The notes under the pieces are model-generated. The model was not told the DNA's origin. It was given only the letters and a program-made list of their open reading frames with translations, and ran no database searches. Both the position numbers and the translations under genes were made by a program. Shown here in pieces: positions 36,428-48,621 of a DNA stretch of 64,000 nucleotides (positions are counted from its first letter, which is position 1; the number at the start of each line of letters is the position of its first letter). The stretch covers positions 62,001-126,000 of IMG/VR virus record IMGVR_UViG_3300045125_000168; one strand, written 5' to 3'.

Positions 36428-36643
36428 GTCGTCGCTCCCTGACGATTGCTTGAGGTCACGAATCAAATAGTACAGGTCGTTTTCTTCTTGGGGGCTGAGG
36501 TCGTTGAGGCGGTTCTTAAAGATTTCCTCAACGTCCGTCAGATACCTTTTGTTGCTACCAACCGCGACCCGAAGGGCAACCATAAGGTCGTGGATGCAAC
36601 GGGACGAGGCTTTGACCTCTTGAACTTTTTTGACGTAAGCCAT
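36398..36643 (-). CDS. hypothetical protein with MAYVKKVQEVKA leader
   Basis: AGGAGG RBS; AAGATT 33 nt upstream. Confidence 0.6.
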   Translation of the reverse strand: MAYVKKVQEVKASSRCIHDLMVALRVAVGSNKRYLTDVEEIFKNRLNDLSPQEENDLYYLIRDLKQSSGSDDSQSQPWKKW

Positions 36644-36729
36644 GAGTGGTGTCCTCCTATTCCTATGCTGAATCTTAGGGCAAAGATTATCTGGGGCTGG
36701 GGTTCATCTGAATTGATAGGGGCATTTGA

Positions 36730-37641
36730 ATGCAACGGATTTCGGCCAAGGTAAAAATCAAGGTCACAAAAAAACAACCGATCGCTCCCGTGAAGCTCAT
36801 GCTTCAAGAAAAGATGGATAGCATCCCAGACGATCATGTGATCGATTTTGAGGATGTGAAAAAGGCTTATCCTGCGATTTCTGAAAAATTGAAAGAGATT
36901 TTTTCACGAAGTCTCGACGTATTACCGTTAAAAACTTGAGGGATTTGATTGAGGAGATCTCGCCAGAGGACCAGAAATTCTGGTTGAGCGAGCGTCCTTA
37001 CACGATGAACACCCAAAAGCAACTTAGAGACCCGCAAGTGGTGATTCAATTAAACTTTACGCCAAAAATGTTGAGCGACCTGAAAAAAGAGTCCAGTCAC
37101 TTACAACTACCTAGCCTCGTTGTTTGAAAAACACGCAGGGGGTGCTCATCCCCTCCACAACCAGACTTTTGCTTGGGCAAGGGTTTACAAATTCCCCGAT
37201 ATGTGGGTGATCGAAGAGATCCAATGCGACTATCTTGGGTGGGACAAAGACTTCAAGTATTTGACGGAGAAACAAGAAAAAAATTTGAAGGAATTAAAAG
37301 AGTCGGATCAAAAAGAGGTTAAAGATTTTTTGGCGAAGCACCTGCGTGGTTGGGAAAAGCAATTTCTTGCGACCATTGTTCAAATGGCCCGTGTCGAGAA
37401 AGCCAAAAAAGTTTTGATGTTTGATAGCTCGGAAAAGCAAGGTCAAGGCACCTCACCTTCCAAGCTGAAATGGTTTTATGAAATTATCCCTCGGGATGTA
37501 GGGTTCAAAAAAACTAAGCAGCACGTTCGACAACGGGAGTTCTCGGTATGGGAAAAGGTCGTTGCTAGTTTCATGCAAAGACTAGAAGATCAAATACAAA
37601 TCCAATTAAAACAGCTTTTTTTCTTCTTTTCAAAGGTATAG
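36730..37641 (+). CDS. hypothetical protein with H...W-A-R-V...IEEIQCD motif (frameshifted)
   Basis: Three pieces; the motif resembles the EEIQSD module of phage large polyvalent proteins. Confidence 0.5.
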
Positions 37642-37716
37642 ACACCGTTGTTTTCGACAAGGGCTACATCCTCATCGCGGTCGTAGAGGAAATCATCGGC
37701 GTGGTCATCGGGCTCG

Positions 37717-38479
37717 TTATACCAAGACCAAGATGGCGGTAACGCCTCTTTGGTATAGGGCAGAGACTGGTGGTTGTTTGGCGTGTTTCTCTCGTCCGAA
37801 GTAGTCTAGCTCTTGCGGTACGAGGTCCACCTGGACCCCCTTGAGTATTTTTTTGAAAAGCAAGACACCCATCCATTCGCTGTTGGTATGTCCTGTCTCG
37901 ATCAAAGCCTTGAAGCCAGAGGTTTTACCGCTTTGGATTTTCTCGCCTATGATGTAGCAATCCGCTCCTGAGGCGAGGGCAAGTTCTGTGACCATACCTC
38001 CAAGACCTGAGCAGATCACCACGCTTTTGATGATGCGGTTTGGTTGATCGCAGTAGGTTTCCCCATCGATAGTTTTCGAGCCAGAAAAACTGTGCGACTT
38101 TTTGCACTAGATCTTGGAAGGGCATAGGGTCGATCTCCCCGTGCCAACCGAGAGTCCCATCGAAGTGTTTGTATGGTGCTTTTAGTTGCAGGTGGTCGCG
38201 CCACTGATCGTTTAGTCCCCCTTCGCAGCAATCTAGCGCAGTGTGGAAGATAAGCTGAGGAACGCTCGTCCTAAAAGGGTGGTGGCTGATTAAGAGGTCG
38301 TAGCCGTTCTTTTGAAAGTAATCGACTACATGCGGTGTTGCGGTCACGCAGTAGAGGACTTTTTTGACGTCTTTATTGTAGTCCTCGATATTGTATTCAC
38401 CATAAGCCTCGCCACGAGTCCAGGCGATTTCTTCAGGGCAGGCGCTTTTTGCTACGCGAATTAAGTCAGCCATTTTCAT
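37717..38479 (-). CDS. NIF3-like dinuclear metal-centre protein (frameshifted)
   Basis: DLLISHHPF, HTALD, GHTNSE. Confidence 0.85.
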
Positions 38480-38506
38480 GGGATTACTCCTTTGCCTCTA
38501 CTTTAC

Positions 38507-38533
38507 TTATCGGAAGTTTCCCGAGAAAGCTGA
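38507..38533 (-). promoter_or_regulatory. sigma-28-type promoter
   Basis: TCAG-N15-TCCGATAA, 28 nt before the NIF3 start. Confidence 0.65.
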
Positions 38534-38584
38534 GATTTTCTCCTGTAAATACCTGAAAAAATATACCTTTTTTTTCGAAGAGGT

Positions 38585-40409
38585 TATCTGTCGCTTGCAA
38601 GCATAGTTTTTAGCTTTCGCAGGCAAGTAGTCGTTAGGTCTTGCACGTCGCGCACGATAATGTGGTCAGGATAGAAATGTTCTAACGGCATTTGACTCAA
38701 TGCCTATACCAACGCACTCGATATTGTCACGGATAAGCTCGCGCACGGCTTTTTTTAGATCAGCGTTGAGGATCGATGAAATGCCATCGGACGCTGGGGT
38801 CCCGTCTGATAGAACAATCATGATCTTACGATTGGCTGGGTGATTTCTTAGCCGTTGACCAAAAAACCGAATAGACTCTCCATCGCAATTAGCACCATCC
38901 GAAAATAGCCTTGCGATAGGCGTGAGATTTCGACTAACGAAGGGTTTGAAAATGTGATGCTGCAATGATTCAAATACCCGGTTGAAAAATGGATAAACTA
39001 TCTACGTCTACCGGATGCGGAATTGTGTATGTGTGAAAACCACCAACCTCGAAATCTATATCTAGCGATGTCAGGGCTTCCGCAAACGTCGCAGCGAGTA
39101 ACTTGGCTGTAATAATTTTCGAGCCCTCCATGGACCCAGACATATCGATCACAAGTTGAATCGCGACTTTGCGGGTTTCCTCACGCACACGGATTTTGAA
39201 CGGTGTGCGATAATTTTTGTCCACGGCAAGGCGCGTCAGGGCTTTGCGGTTGAGAATACCGCGCTCTTGTTCCATCAGGACCCTGCGATTTTCTTTTGCG
39301 ACGAGGATGCGGTCTAGCTCCAGTGCGAGTTTTAAAGCTTGGGGTCGCACCTTTTGCTTGATCGCTTGATAATCGGAATATGTCTCTTTGTACTCATGGA
39401 CTTTATCGAACTCCGTGGTATACGGCACATGCTTACGAGCATCGTCAAACTCTCGCTCTTCTTCGGTTTGTTCAAGTTCAAGGCGCTCTTCGCGCTCTTC
39501 TTCAAAATGCTCGGCTAGTTTCTCGTCCATGAATTGATGGATGTCTATGGGTTTTTGATCTTCGTCTGACTTCCTCATCACGAAGAGCTTCCGAGTTTAA
39601 GGTTCCGTCATATTCGCGGTCGCGTTGCTTTTTGCTCTGCCTTTTTTGTCTCCTGCTCGTCTGCCTTGTCTCCTCTTGGTCTTGGTCTTGGTCTTGGTCT
39701 TGGTCTTGGTCTTGGTCCTCCTCTTGGTCTTGGTCCTCCTCTTGGTCTTGTTCCCCTTGGTCTTGGTCCTCTTGGTCCCCCTGGTCTTGGTCCCCCTGGT
39801 CTTGGTCCTCTTGGTCTTGGTCCTCTTTGTTCTCTTGTTCCTCTTGGGCTCTGTCGATCTCACGCAGAATCCGACCGCAGATATCGATGATGTCGGATGT
39901 GTTTTTGCCGAGCGTAAAGATTTTGCCAGACTGACGACACGGGATGTAAAAGAGGCTTGGTGTCAGGGTCTAGCCTGGGCTTTTCGCCTTGCATAATAGA
40001 CCGCACACCGAGACAGACGCGATTCATGAGAGATATCTCATCCCATTTTTCATAGGGTGATTTTTTTCCACTTCGCGTTCAAAGGCTCTAAATGCAGCTT
40101 AGTGCCTGGAAAAGTCTCCCCTATGACTTTCTCAATCCGGCTATCCTCACAATGATTGGTGAGCCAATGAGTGCAATTTGTTCTGACATCGCCTTAGCAC
40201 GGCAAAGTCGGTGTACAGGACATGGGCTAGTTCATGATCCAGATAGCCCTGGGTGTCGAACAATAGCTCGGCTGGGGCATCAGGGGCCAATGCGGGAAGC
40301 ACAATTTTTTCCCGTCCGTGTATGCCTGGGTGCCCTGAAAGACGACCTGGACATCGTGTTGGCCCGATATCGCCCTCGCTACTTTCTCCAATGATCTTGT
40401 GCCCTTCAT
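38585..40409 (-). CDS. CobT-like VWA-domain protein (frameshifted)
   Basis: VVFQGTQAYTDGK N-terminus, acidic linker, MIDAS motif IDMSGSM, N.DGESI, IVLSDGTP, VGIGI. Confidence 0.85.
39672..39830. repeat. (CTTGGT)n-type tandem repeat encoding the DQDQEE acidic linker of the CobT-like protein
   Basis: Minus strand GACCAA repeats with GAG/GGG inserts. Confidence 0.85.
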
Positions 40410-40438
40410 GAAGTCCCTCCCCTTGATATCTATAAGCT

Positions 40439-40465
40439 ATATCGGTATTTACGTGGCAAACTTTA
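40439..40465 (-). promoter_or_regulatory. sigma-28-type promoter
   Basis: TAAA-N15-ACCGATAT upstream of the CobT-like gene. Confidence 0.7.
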
Positions 40466-40611
40466 GGTCTTTTTTTGAACTTTTTTTAGATCATCTTTTT
40501 TAAAACCTTTTATTTTGTGTTGCACGAGGTCTTTTTGTCAGCTAAGAGTACGGCTGTCAAGCGAAGGCGGTAGACCACAATTGTGGTCCAAAAAATCAAA
40601 GGAGATACATA

Positions 40612-40995
40612 ATGAGCGGGTTCGACACGATTTTTATTGACGCAGAAAGAAAAACGGTAAGTGTTATGAACTTCAAAGATTTCAGTCAACTAAGTGCTGC
40701 CTTAGGCGGGCGTGTCGAGTCGGTACGGCTCGACGATTTTGGTCACCATCTTTACATGGACGAAGGTGGGAGGCTCAAAAATCTAAAGCATGGTTTCCGT
40801 CTGGGAAGGCTTGAAGTGTTTGGCCATGGTGTAGTGGTCAAAGTGGATAAGAGAGGCTCTCTCGTAAATGTGAAACTCGACGAAGACGGGATTTTGCTAG
40901 GAACACCAGTCCTAGAAACCTGTGAAAAGTTGGTCAAATTCATGAGGATGAAAAAAGCACCAATCCCTGAGCCACAAATTTTCTTCGCAGAGTAA
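40612..40995 (+). CDS. DUF3846-like hypothetical protein
   Basis: L...LGG.VE.V....LYMDEGGRLK...FGHGVV. Confidence 0.55.
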   Translation: MSGFDTIFIDAERKTVSVMNFKDFSQLSAALGGRVESVRLDDFGHHLYMDEGGRLKNLKHGFRLGRLEVFGHGVVVKVDKRGSLVNVKLDEDGILLGTPVLETCEKLVKFMRMKKAPIPEPQIFFAE

Positions 40996-41071
40996 TTAAA
41001 GGGTCTTTGCTTGACACCCCCGCGCAAGCGAGGGGTATTTTAAAACTTTTTAAAAAGTGTGTCTCAAAAGC

Positions 41072-41098
41072 TAAAGTTTTATTTTGATCGTCCGATAA
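41072..41098 (+). promoter_or_regulatory. sigma-28-type promoter
   Basis: TAAA-N15-TCCGATAA upstream of the CobS-like gene. Confidence 0.75.
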
Positions 41099-41143
41099 GC
41101 CTCTTGTCAGCAAGATCCGTGACTGACAAAGGGAGGTACTAAG

Positions 41144-42166
41144 ATGCCAAGAGGCAAGGCTGAGACAAAAGCACCTGTAGCTGCGAAAAAAGCAACAACG
41201 ACTACCAATACCAATACTCTCATGGGTATCGAGTTGCCGGTCAGGACGGGGCTTTCGCCTGCACAACAAAGATTTGTCCCAGCGATTGACGCCAAATATA
41301 GTTTTCCCGGAAATCACCTTCGATGTCGTGAGCGACATCCTAGAAAATCGTTGCGTCCTGACAACAGGCCATGCAGGTACAGGCAAATCCAGTCTATTCG
41401 AGCAGATAGCGGCTCGGATGAATCAACCCTGTGTGCGGCCTGTGATGAATGGGCAAATGACCACCTCAGAGCTTTTGGGTGGCCTCCTGGTGCGAGCAGG
41501 AGAGACGGTTTTCGTCGATGGCACCCTGGTGAGGGCTATGCGTGAAGGGATGTGGGTGATTATCGATGAGATCGATAATGCCGATGCGAATATTTTGTGT
41601 TCGCTCAATACCGTCACAGAACCCGTGACCGAACACAAAAAAGACCGTGATCTGATTCTGAAGGAAAATGAAGGTGAGCTTGTGGTGGCCCACCCTAATT
41701 TCAGAATTTTGGCTACAGCAAACTCGGCTGGGTGCATGGAGCAATTTAGATCTCTTTACCCTGGCCGTAACAGGCTTGATGTGGCTTTTCTCTCGCGCTT
41801 TAGTGTGTATCACATCGACTATCTCCCGGCGGAGCAAGAAAGCGAGATTGTCCAGTCTAAAACAGGAATCCCTGCAAAAATTGCCGCTAACATGGTTATC
41901 GTCGCCAACCAGCTTCGCACTGCCTTTGCCAACGGAGAAATCTCTGCGCCTTGCAGCACACGTCAAATTTTTGAATGGGGTCGCTTGATTAAGCGGCATA
42001 TAGAACGGGCAAAGAGTCAGTTGGATTTTGATGATCTTTCGGATAAAGACCGGGAGAAAACATTGAAATCAATCGTGCAACACGCAGCTTCCCTAGCTCT
42101 TAAAAGCAGGTGAGCTTTGAAGACCAAGAAGTAATTGATCGTCTCATTCTGATGACTTTTGGATAA
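41144..42166 (+). CDS. CobS/MoxR-family AAA+ ATPase (frameshifted)
   Basis: Walker A GHAGTGKS, Walker B IIDEID, HPNFRILATAN, LD.AFLSRF, STR. Confidence 0.9.
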
Positions 42167-42192
42167 TTCAAAAATAAAAAGGAGGATTTTTT

Positions 42193-43096
42193 ATGGGAAC
42201 GAGAGCCGACAAAATAGCAGAAATGCGAGGATCGCTGGTTTGGTGGAAATTTTCTTCATTCCAAACGAATCGTCAAGACTTCGAGTCTCTTATGTCTAAG
42301 TTTGGGGATCTGCATGTGCAGCCCCTTAAAAAAGCCTATAAAGGCAAAAATTTGATGGAACCTATCACTTACCTCGACCTGTTACCAAAGAACTCTTACA
42401 AAAATGCGCTGCTGCGAGCGTTGCGTGTGCTCCTCAAAGGAGACAACCGTTTTTATAAAAGGTTGCGCGATGTCACTGATTCAGTGGCAATACCTGTGAT
42501 TGTTCCTGTCGAAACCTTTGAAGCTACGGTTCTAACTGATATTCAATTCGAGAGGAAGTCGTCATCACCTCAACAAAAAAGACGGATCACTTGACTTCAA
42601 TATTGAAACGCCTTTCAACGCGATGGTGCTCAAAGAGTATAGAAAGATGCAAAAGACTTTGGACTCGGAGCAACTCAGCAATGTGCTCATCAGCATCGTT
42701 CGTACTCAGTGCTACGGCGTTTCGATCAAGCTCGGTGTCTATTACGTGCCGGAAGCCCACCACGAGCAACTAAAAGTCTTGGAAAAAATCTGCGAATCGT
42801 TCAAGGAACATGAAATTGAATTGTTCCAAGTTCCTGTCTACTCGGATAAAAATTCCAAAAAGGCCATTCAGGCAGCTATCGAAGAGGATCTGATTGACCG
42901 TCTGGAAGTCATGAAAGATGACTTTGCAAAATTAGTTCGCACAGGAAAACTAAACCACGATATTCGCAGCAATCGTATCCTCGAAATGCAAGATCTGGTG
43001 AAGAGAGTGAGCGTGTATAAAAGACCTTTCTTCAAAGGCCAAGATCCTGGACGTGCGGCTGAAATCAATCGAAGAAAAAATCACCAAATACAATAA
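42193..43096 (+). CDS. DUF6744-like hypothetical protein (frameshifted)
   Basis: G.LVWW N-terminus, GVYYVP motif, coiled C-terminus. Confidence 0.5.
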
Positions 43097-43161
43097 ATTC
43101 GCCCGAGACGCTCAAAAAGACAAAGGGTTTCTTGACGAACTGTTGACGATGTGAGGGCCTC

Positions 43162-43488
43162 ATGAAAAAAGACACCATGGCCTCCTTTGTCGGGCTTTTC
43201 TTGATCGTCGGAACAACCGTCTATTCCTGCAATGAACGCGATGATCTTGAGAGCGAAGTGTCTGATTTGGAAAGCGATGTCGATGACCTTAAAAGAAAGT
43301 GGACGAACTCGAAGAGACACTTCATGAGATCAAAGATGTCTCTTCTCGAAATTGAGAGCGAGTATATTGAGGTCGATTTTAACCTCGGTCGTCTTTCTTA
43401 TGACGACTGGCGAGATGTGGTAAAGTGACTTGCGCGAAAACTTCGACAAAATCAAATCCGAAGTCGAGACGATGAGTATGAGGTTGTG
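43162..43488 (+). CDS. coiled-coil lipoprotein (frameshifted)
   Basis: Hydrophobic leader ending VYS-C; heptad repeats LESEVSDLESDVDDL. Confidence 0.5.
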
Positions 43489-45332
43489 AAATATGAGATC
43501 TACATTCAAATTATATCATATTGACGGATTTTCGGTTGTCGAGGACGAAGACCAAGGTATGAGTGTGACAAACGATGCAGAAAACGTCGTGCGGGATGTT
43601 CTGCTTACAATATCCAAAAACGAGAGCGATCATATACAGAGACACTCAAGGTAATTGGGATCAACTTTTGTTTGATGCAAAAGGTTTTTACAAAATTTAA
43701 GAGCTTGAACACACGAGATAAGGATCGTGCGCTTTGGCTTGCTCGATCGCTCAGAACTATTGCGCTAGGAGGTTGCAACATGAAATATTTTTTAGTGCCC
43801 CTTAAAGGGCAGGCGCATGCAGGCGAGGCGCCGTTTCCTGTATTTTCTTTACCGTGACGGTGACCGTTGTGTTCCAGATTGGACGTGGGTAACTGATTCA
43901 CTCAAAGGACCAGGAAGGTGCCCCCATTATTTCTAAGAGACAAGGATTGTCCATGATAAATAACCATGGCATGACGTTGACGCAATTTAAAATCGGTGAG
44001 CCGTTTTATACCGCAACGGGCAAATGGATTTGTGTGACGTAGGGACTTATTTCGTCCTTGCGGTCAAAGAATCGTCTTACCAGGATTATGTCACGGGGAG
44101 AACACGGGTGAACTTTTGATTTTCGATCGTTGGGACTTCGGTGGTTGCTATCTTGAACTTCCAGAAGGAGTCTGAATATGTCTCTTTTTATCGCTAAAAT
44201 AAAATCCGAGATAAAGAGATATCATAATATTGTGAATCAAAGGGTTTTGCTTGTGCAACAGGTAGGGAAGCCTGACGCAAGATGCTCATTTAAAGAATTT
44301 TTTCATAATGATGGCTTAACTAAGAAGCAGATAGAAGATATTCGCAGTTTGATGGTTGGTGATTGTATGCATCTCGAAGTCAGGCAAGGCTGGATTAAGA
44401 TCACGAGAGAAAAATGAAACCCAGGCACAAAGCCTGGGTTTCGAGTATTTCTTACTTGAGAAGAAAGGTGGCTTTAACCTTGTACCCGTAGAGTTTAAAC
44501 TCAGCGTTGAGTTGCGGAATGTTTTTTGTCTCAAGGCAAAGAATCGCATCGACGTTCAACCAGTCAAAGTCTTTGATGCCACGGACCTCAAACATATCGC
44601 AACCGGATTCGGTCATGCCCTTGTAGAAAGAAAAAACCGCTCGCTCTCATAGCTACCTTTTTGTCGCAGTTCCTCGATAAAGTCAGTCTTTAGCAGTAAG
44701 TTCGGGACGTCCTTTTCAATCGTAAAACGATTGGTCCCCAGGAGTTGTTTTCGCGTAGCCTTCTACCTTGAAGGATGTTTTTCTTCATCACGAGCAGTCA
44801 CAGAAACGGTGATCGTACTGGATTGCAAGAGTTTATCGCTTTGGCTGCGGATCGAGAACGTACTCGCTGGAGAAACCGATTTCAATCGTTTGCTCTTCAG
44901 GAGCTCACAGTCGGTGCCGAGCGATCTGTTTTTTGAAACGCACCACAAGACGCCACGAAGAATAGAAGACATAATGACGTTAATAGACGAAGCCTCATCT
45001 CTGAAATCTCCCTTTGGTTTTGGTCAGAGTTTGTTTAAGAACCAAGAACAAGGGCTTTGAATTTTAGAACTAGGGAAGATCATTAGAAGGTAGGATAGAC
45101 CGAAGATCCTGATCTTGCGCGGCATTGACATGCTCGACGTTTTGAACGCGCTCATGCAAGGAACCGCACTGATCGAGAAAAGACCGAGCAGCGTCACGCA
45201 TTTCTTTAGCCGATTGCCATAAGAGAAGAGCGAAGACTAGCAGCAAAAAAGTAATTATTCTGTCGATGAAAGGATCATGTGGGTTTCTCGACATCAGATT
45301 CACTACCCCAATCGATTTCAAGTCCACGCCAT

Positions 45333-46081
45333 TCAGATTTGCTTTTTAACTCTTGAGGTGTAGGAAAAATAGGTTGCACGACGACAAAGTGACTTCCGAT
45401 TTTTAACACCGCATTGAGGGATTCCCACTTTATCTCCAGGTTGCGTTCCAGGTCTTATCTTCGCAGTTTGAATCCCATACATAGTCAAAACATCGAAAGT
45501 CCCGCCCTTGAGCATCAAATTAAGCGGCACTTTTTCTTCGGAGTAGACATCGTTACCTTGGACGCTAAACTTAGTGTGACGCGCTGTATTGATAAAGATG
45601 ATAGCATCTCCACGATGCTCGCCCATCTTATGGCCCTTGCACAGTAGGACTATCTCACGAGTGCCGTTGCCTCTACTTAAGATTTCGGGCACAAGCTCAA
45701 TCGGAGTAGACACCACTTCAATGCGACCAACTTGCAGTCTAAATTCTTTATCATACTCCTCGGTACTAAAAGAAAATAACATATTACGACCAAAGAAAAC
45801 GTCTTCAAACTGAACTTTTAGCTCAATACGGATATTCAAGTCGCCTTTAAGGTTTGGCTTTCCAGACCGCATTTCATGCAACATCTCGCGATGCTGGTAC
45901 TCTAAATCCGTGAGCATCTTGTAGGCATGAGTGACTCGTCGAAAAACCTCAGGGTTACCCCCTTTGTCTGGGTGATGCTCTTGACACAGGTCACGCCATC
46001 TTTTTTAAGTTCTGAAAGAGTGGGGTTGCCTTGTTGTAAATCAAAGCCAAGATCCCTGAGATAAGAACGTGGGTCAAACAT
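45333..46081 (-). CDS. DnaJ-family co-chaperone (J domain + C-terminal domain; frameshifted)
   Basis: HHPDKGGNPEVFRRVTHAYKML (HPD motif); G.G...RGD; IRPGTQPGD. Confidence 0.85.
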
Positions 46082-46798
46082 GAATGATTCCCATAGTTAG
46101 AGCACATCACCTTGAACACAGGCAGAGTACAGGGTGTTTACCGTGGCCTCTTTTGCAGAACCACCATCGCACTCCCACTTAGCGGGCAGCTTGGTCACCA
46201 GTAGATCTGCAACGTAGGCAGCAACCGGGCGGCAGATGGCATCTTGCAACGCACCTTGCTCGCGTTCCTCACACAAATTCGCAGCTTCAATCTTGGCCAT
46301 AAGATCATCGGCAATTAGTTCTGGTTTTACAGCTAAGGACATTGCCGATTTTATCCCCGGCGATCACGGCAGCTTTGCGTGTGTCGCTGCATGTAGGCTT
46401 AAAAGTTTGGCAAGACGCTAAAAAGAGGCTCATAAGCAAAATTGATTTCATATTTTTGATCCTTTCAAATTTGTAATTTTATTTAACATCGCTTCGGAGA
46501 AAGCCGCAGATACCAGAGTTTTTCGCACATCGACGTTGCGTGTGCGCAAAGATAATTACCGAGAACCTCGTAAATATTTTTTTCCAGTATTTTAGGATTC
46601 ACTTTCACGTCGGGCATATCAAATAAATCTAATTGCCGCACGAAACTTTCGTAGATTCGCAGTTCGTTTTCCTCGTCAACGCCCGTGTCCTTGTTGCGGA
46701 AGCGAATGCCGACTTCAAGACATGAGCGAAGCCATGCGATCGAAACCACTTGTGTGACAAGCGTTTCCACTTCTTTGGTAATTTCCATGTCAGTAACC

Positions 46799-47882
46799 TC
46801 ATTGAACAATTAGGCCATTTCCAGTGTACTCGGGATAACCTTCGATGCGAAGGTCGAAAATTGTGTGAATTTGATCGATCGGTTTAGACCTTACGATTTT
46901 AGTCCAGGAGCAAGCGGTCATTTGCCATAAAAGGTGCCGCAGGAATGCGAGTTCATCTTCTACAAGGTCTTCGACAGGCGTTTCTAAATGGCAGTTCAGG
47001 ACGTCGATGACGAGAGAACGGGGTACTTTTTCACTCGCATACCGATAGGCCGAACGTGCATCTTGCACTTTTTCCACCAGGGACCAGCGGGTCATGTGAT
47101 TTTGCCCGCAGATCACCGTCAAACGACGAATATACTCCCGCAGTATTTTTGCTGCGGGCAGAGTCTCGACCCGAGACGGTTCTCCAATCCAATCGAGGCC
47201 GATCAAGAGGTCAAAGGCTTGGTACGACTCGCGCTTTATTTTGACAAAATAAGAGTCGCTGCGCTTTTGAATAGCCACTTGGATACCAAGGTTTTTGTAA
47301 CAGGCATTTAACCAGATTGGCTTGGTCGTGCTTTGGTATCCTCACGGCAGCGGTCGAGGCAACAGGGCAGCGAATCCCGAAGTTCAAAAAAGACCTTTTA
47401 GAAACGCGATCTGCCCCTCGCGGTCTACCTGCCCGATCATAGGCGTGTCGATCTCGATGGTGGTGCCAATAAAATCATGAATGATTCTTTCCCAATCATT
47501 CAGATAGGGAAAATCCCACTCATGATTGGGGATTGGGAGCTTTGCAAAAAGCCCTGTCTCCCTGGGCTTGCCCAGCCATTGACCCACATCTAAAAGAACA
47601 GGCGGCTGAAAAAGAGGGCGTCCGTCCACAAGGCTAAGGATGGGGTGGTCCTCCACACACTTGAGCGTGTCCCCATCCTCTGTTTCGATCTCATGCAGGG
47701 AGAGAAAGCCCTGAAGAGGTCGGTCACCCGTCGCGGGCCATTTCGGGTGGCGATTTCGAAGTCTTCTTTGAAAAAAAATTATGAGTCCAACCGATCTTAT
47801 CGCCAACAATGGCCTCATGCAGAAAATCAAATCGGACAAGACCAAGGGAGGAAGGAATCAAAGTGTCACCAGCCAAACACAT
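46799..47882 (-). CDS. free-standing intein/Hint-domain protein with LAGLIDADG remnant (frameshifted)
   Basis: AAAGGA RBS, ATG, then CLAGDTLIPSSLGLV; IETEDGDTLKCVEDHPIL; AFLKGLF; ends IFDLRIEGYPEYTGNGLIVQ-stop. Confidence 0.75.
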
Positions 47883-47898
47883 GATCTTGTCCTTTAGG

Positions 47899-48609
47899 TT
47901 ATGAAACGGTCATGAATTTTTTCCTGTAGGCATCCATATCCAGGGATAAAGATCCCCCTGGGTCAATTTTGCGCGTTGGTGCAATTTCATGGTGTCCGAC
48001 AATATTGCCGACTGGAAATTTGTAGGTTTGAAGCATCCAGCGAATCAGATCATCGAGGGCTTTTTCCTGGGCTGAAGTAAACGGGTCCCAAAAGCGGTTG
48101 CCGAGCATGAGTTTGTCGCGGGGTGTGCCTTTATAGGGCCTGTCGTACCCGTCTACAAAAGCGCCTGATTTCAAGCGTTGAATAGGTCCGAGACAGACCA
48201 CCTCAATACCGAGAAAATATTGGTTGAGGAATTTGAGATTTCCCCAAGCCGACTCTCCTGCATGGGCCGCTTGACGGTTGCAAGGAACCATTTGCACCGT
48301 TGCGCCATCTTTGCCGATTAGAAAATGAATATCGACCTCGTTCTTTTGAAAGAAGTCTACCGTCGCGTCCAGATTATCCGACACGGTGTAGTGAATCACG
48401 ACGCCTTGAGGTTTGAGTTCGCTTTTGCTAGTGTCTTTGTCTGGCACCATTTTAGCCTTAGGATAAACCCAAGGAGTCGCGAGAGCAGGAACGGGAGCAG
48501 ACTTCTTAACGGCAGCCGGAGATTGATTTGCTGATGATTTGATAGCTGGTGCAACAGCACCTGTTTTTAGTAGTCGTGGTTCTCCTGTCTTAAAAGGATC
48601 GGACGACAT
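47899..48609 (-). CDS. N-acetylmuramoyl-L-alanine amidase (Amidase_2), probable endolysin
   Basis: VVIHYT, IHFLI..DG, AHAG.S.W, LGIEV, IVGHHEIAP.RK.DPG. Confidence 0.92.
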   Translation of the reverse strand: MSSDPFKTGEPRLLKTGAVAPAIKSSANQSPAAVKKSAPVPALATPWVYPKAKMVPDKDTSKSELKPQGVVIHYTVSDNLDATVDFFQKNEVDIHFLIGKDGATVQMVPCNRQAAHAGESAWGNLKFLNQYFLGIEVVCLGPIQRLKSGAFVDGYDRPYKGTPRDKLMLGNRFWDPFTSAQEKALDDLIRWMLQTYKFPVGNIVGHHEIAPTRKIDPGGSLSLDMDAYRKKFMTVS

Positions 48610-48621
48610 GTTGCAACCTCC

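Noticed and set aside
39597-39996. LV-, SW-, GL- and TK-repeat ORFs, or a CRISPR-like array
   Set aside because: These are alternative frames of the DQ linker repeat; there are no unique spacers.
38585-42166. Cobalamin biosynthesis
   Set aside because: No CobN or other cob genes; phage CobS/CobT-like pairs are generic AAA-VWA modules.
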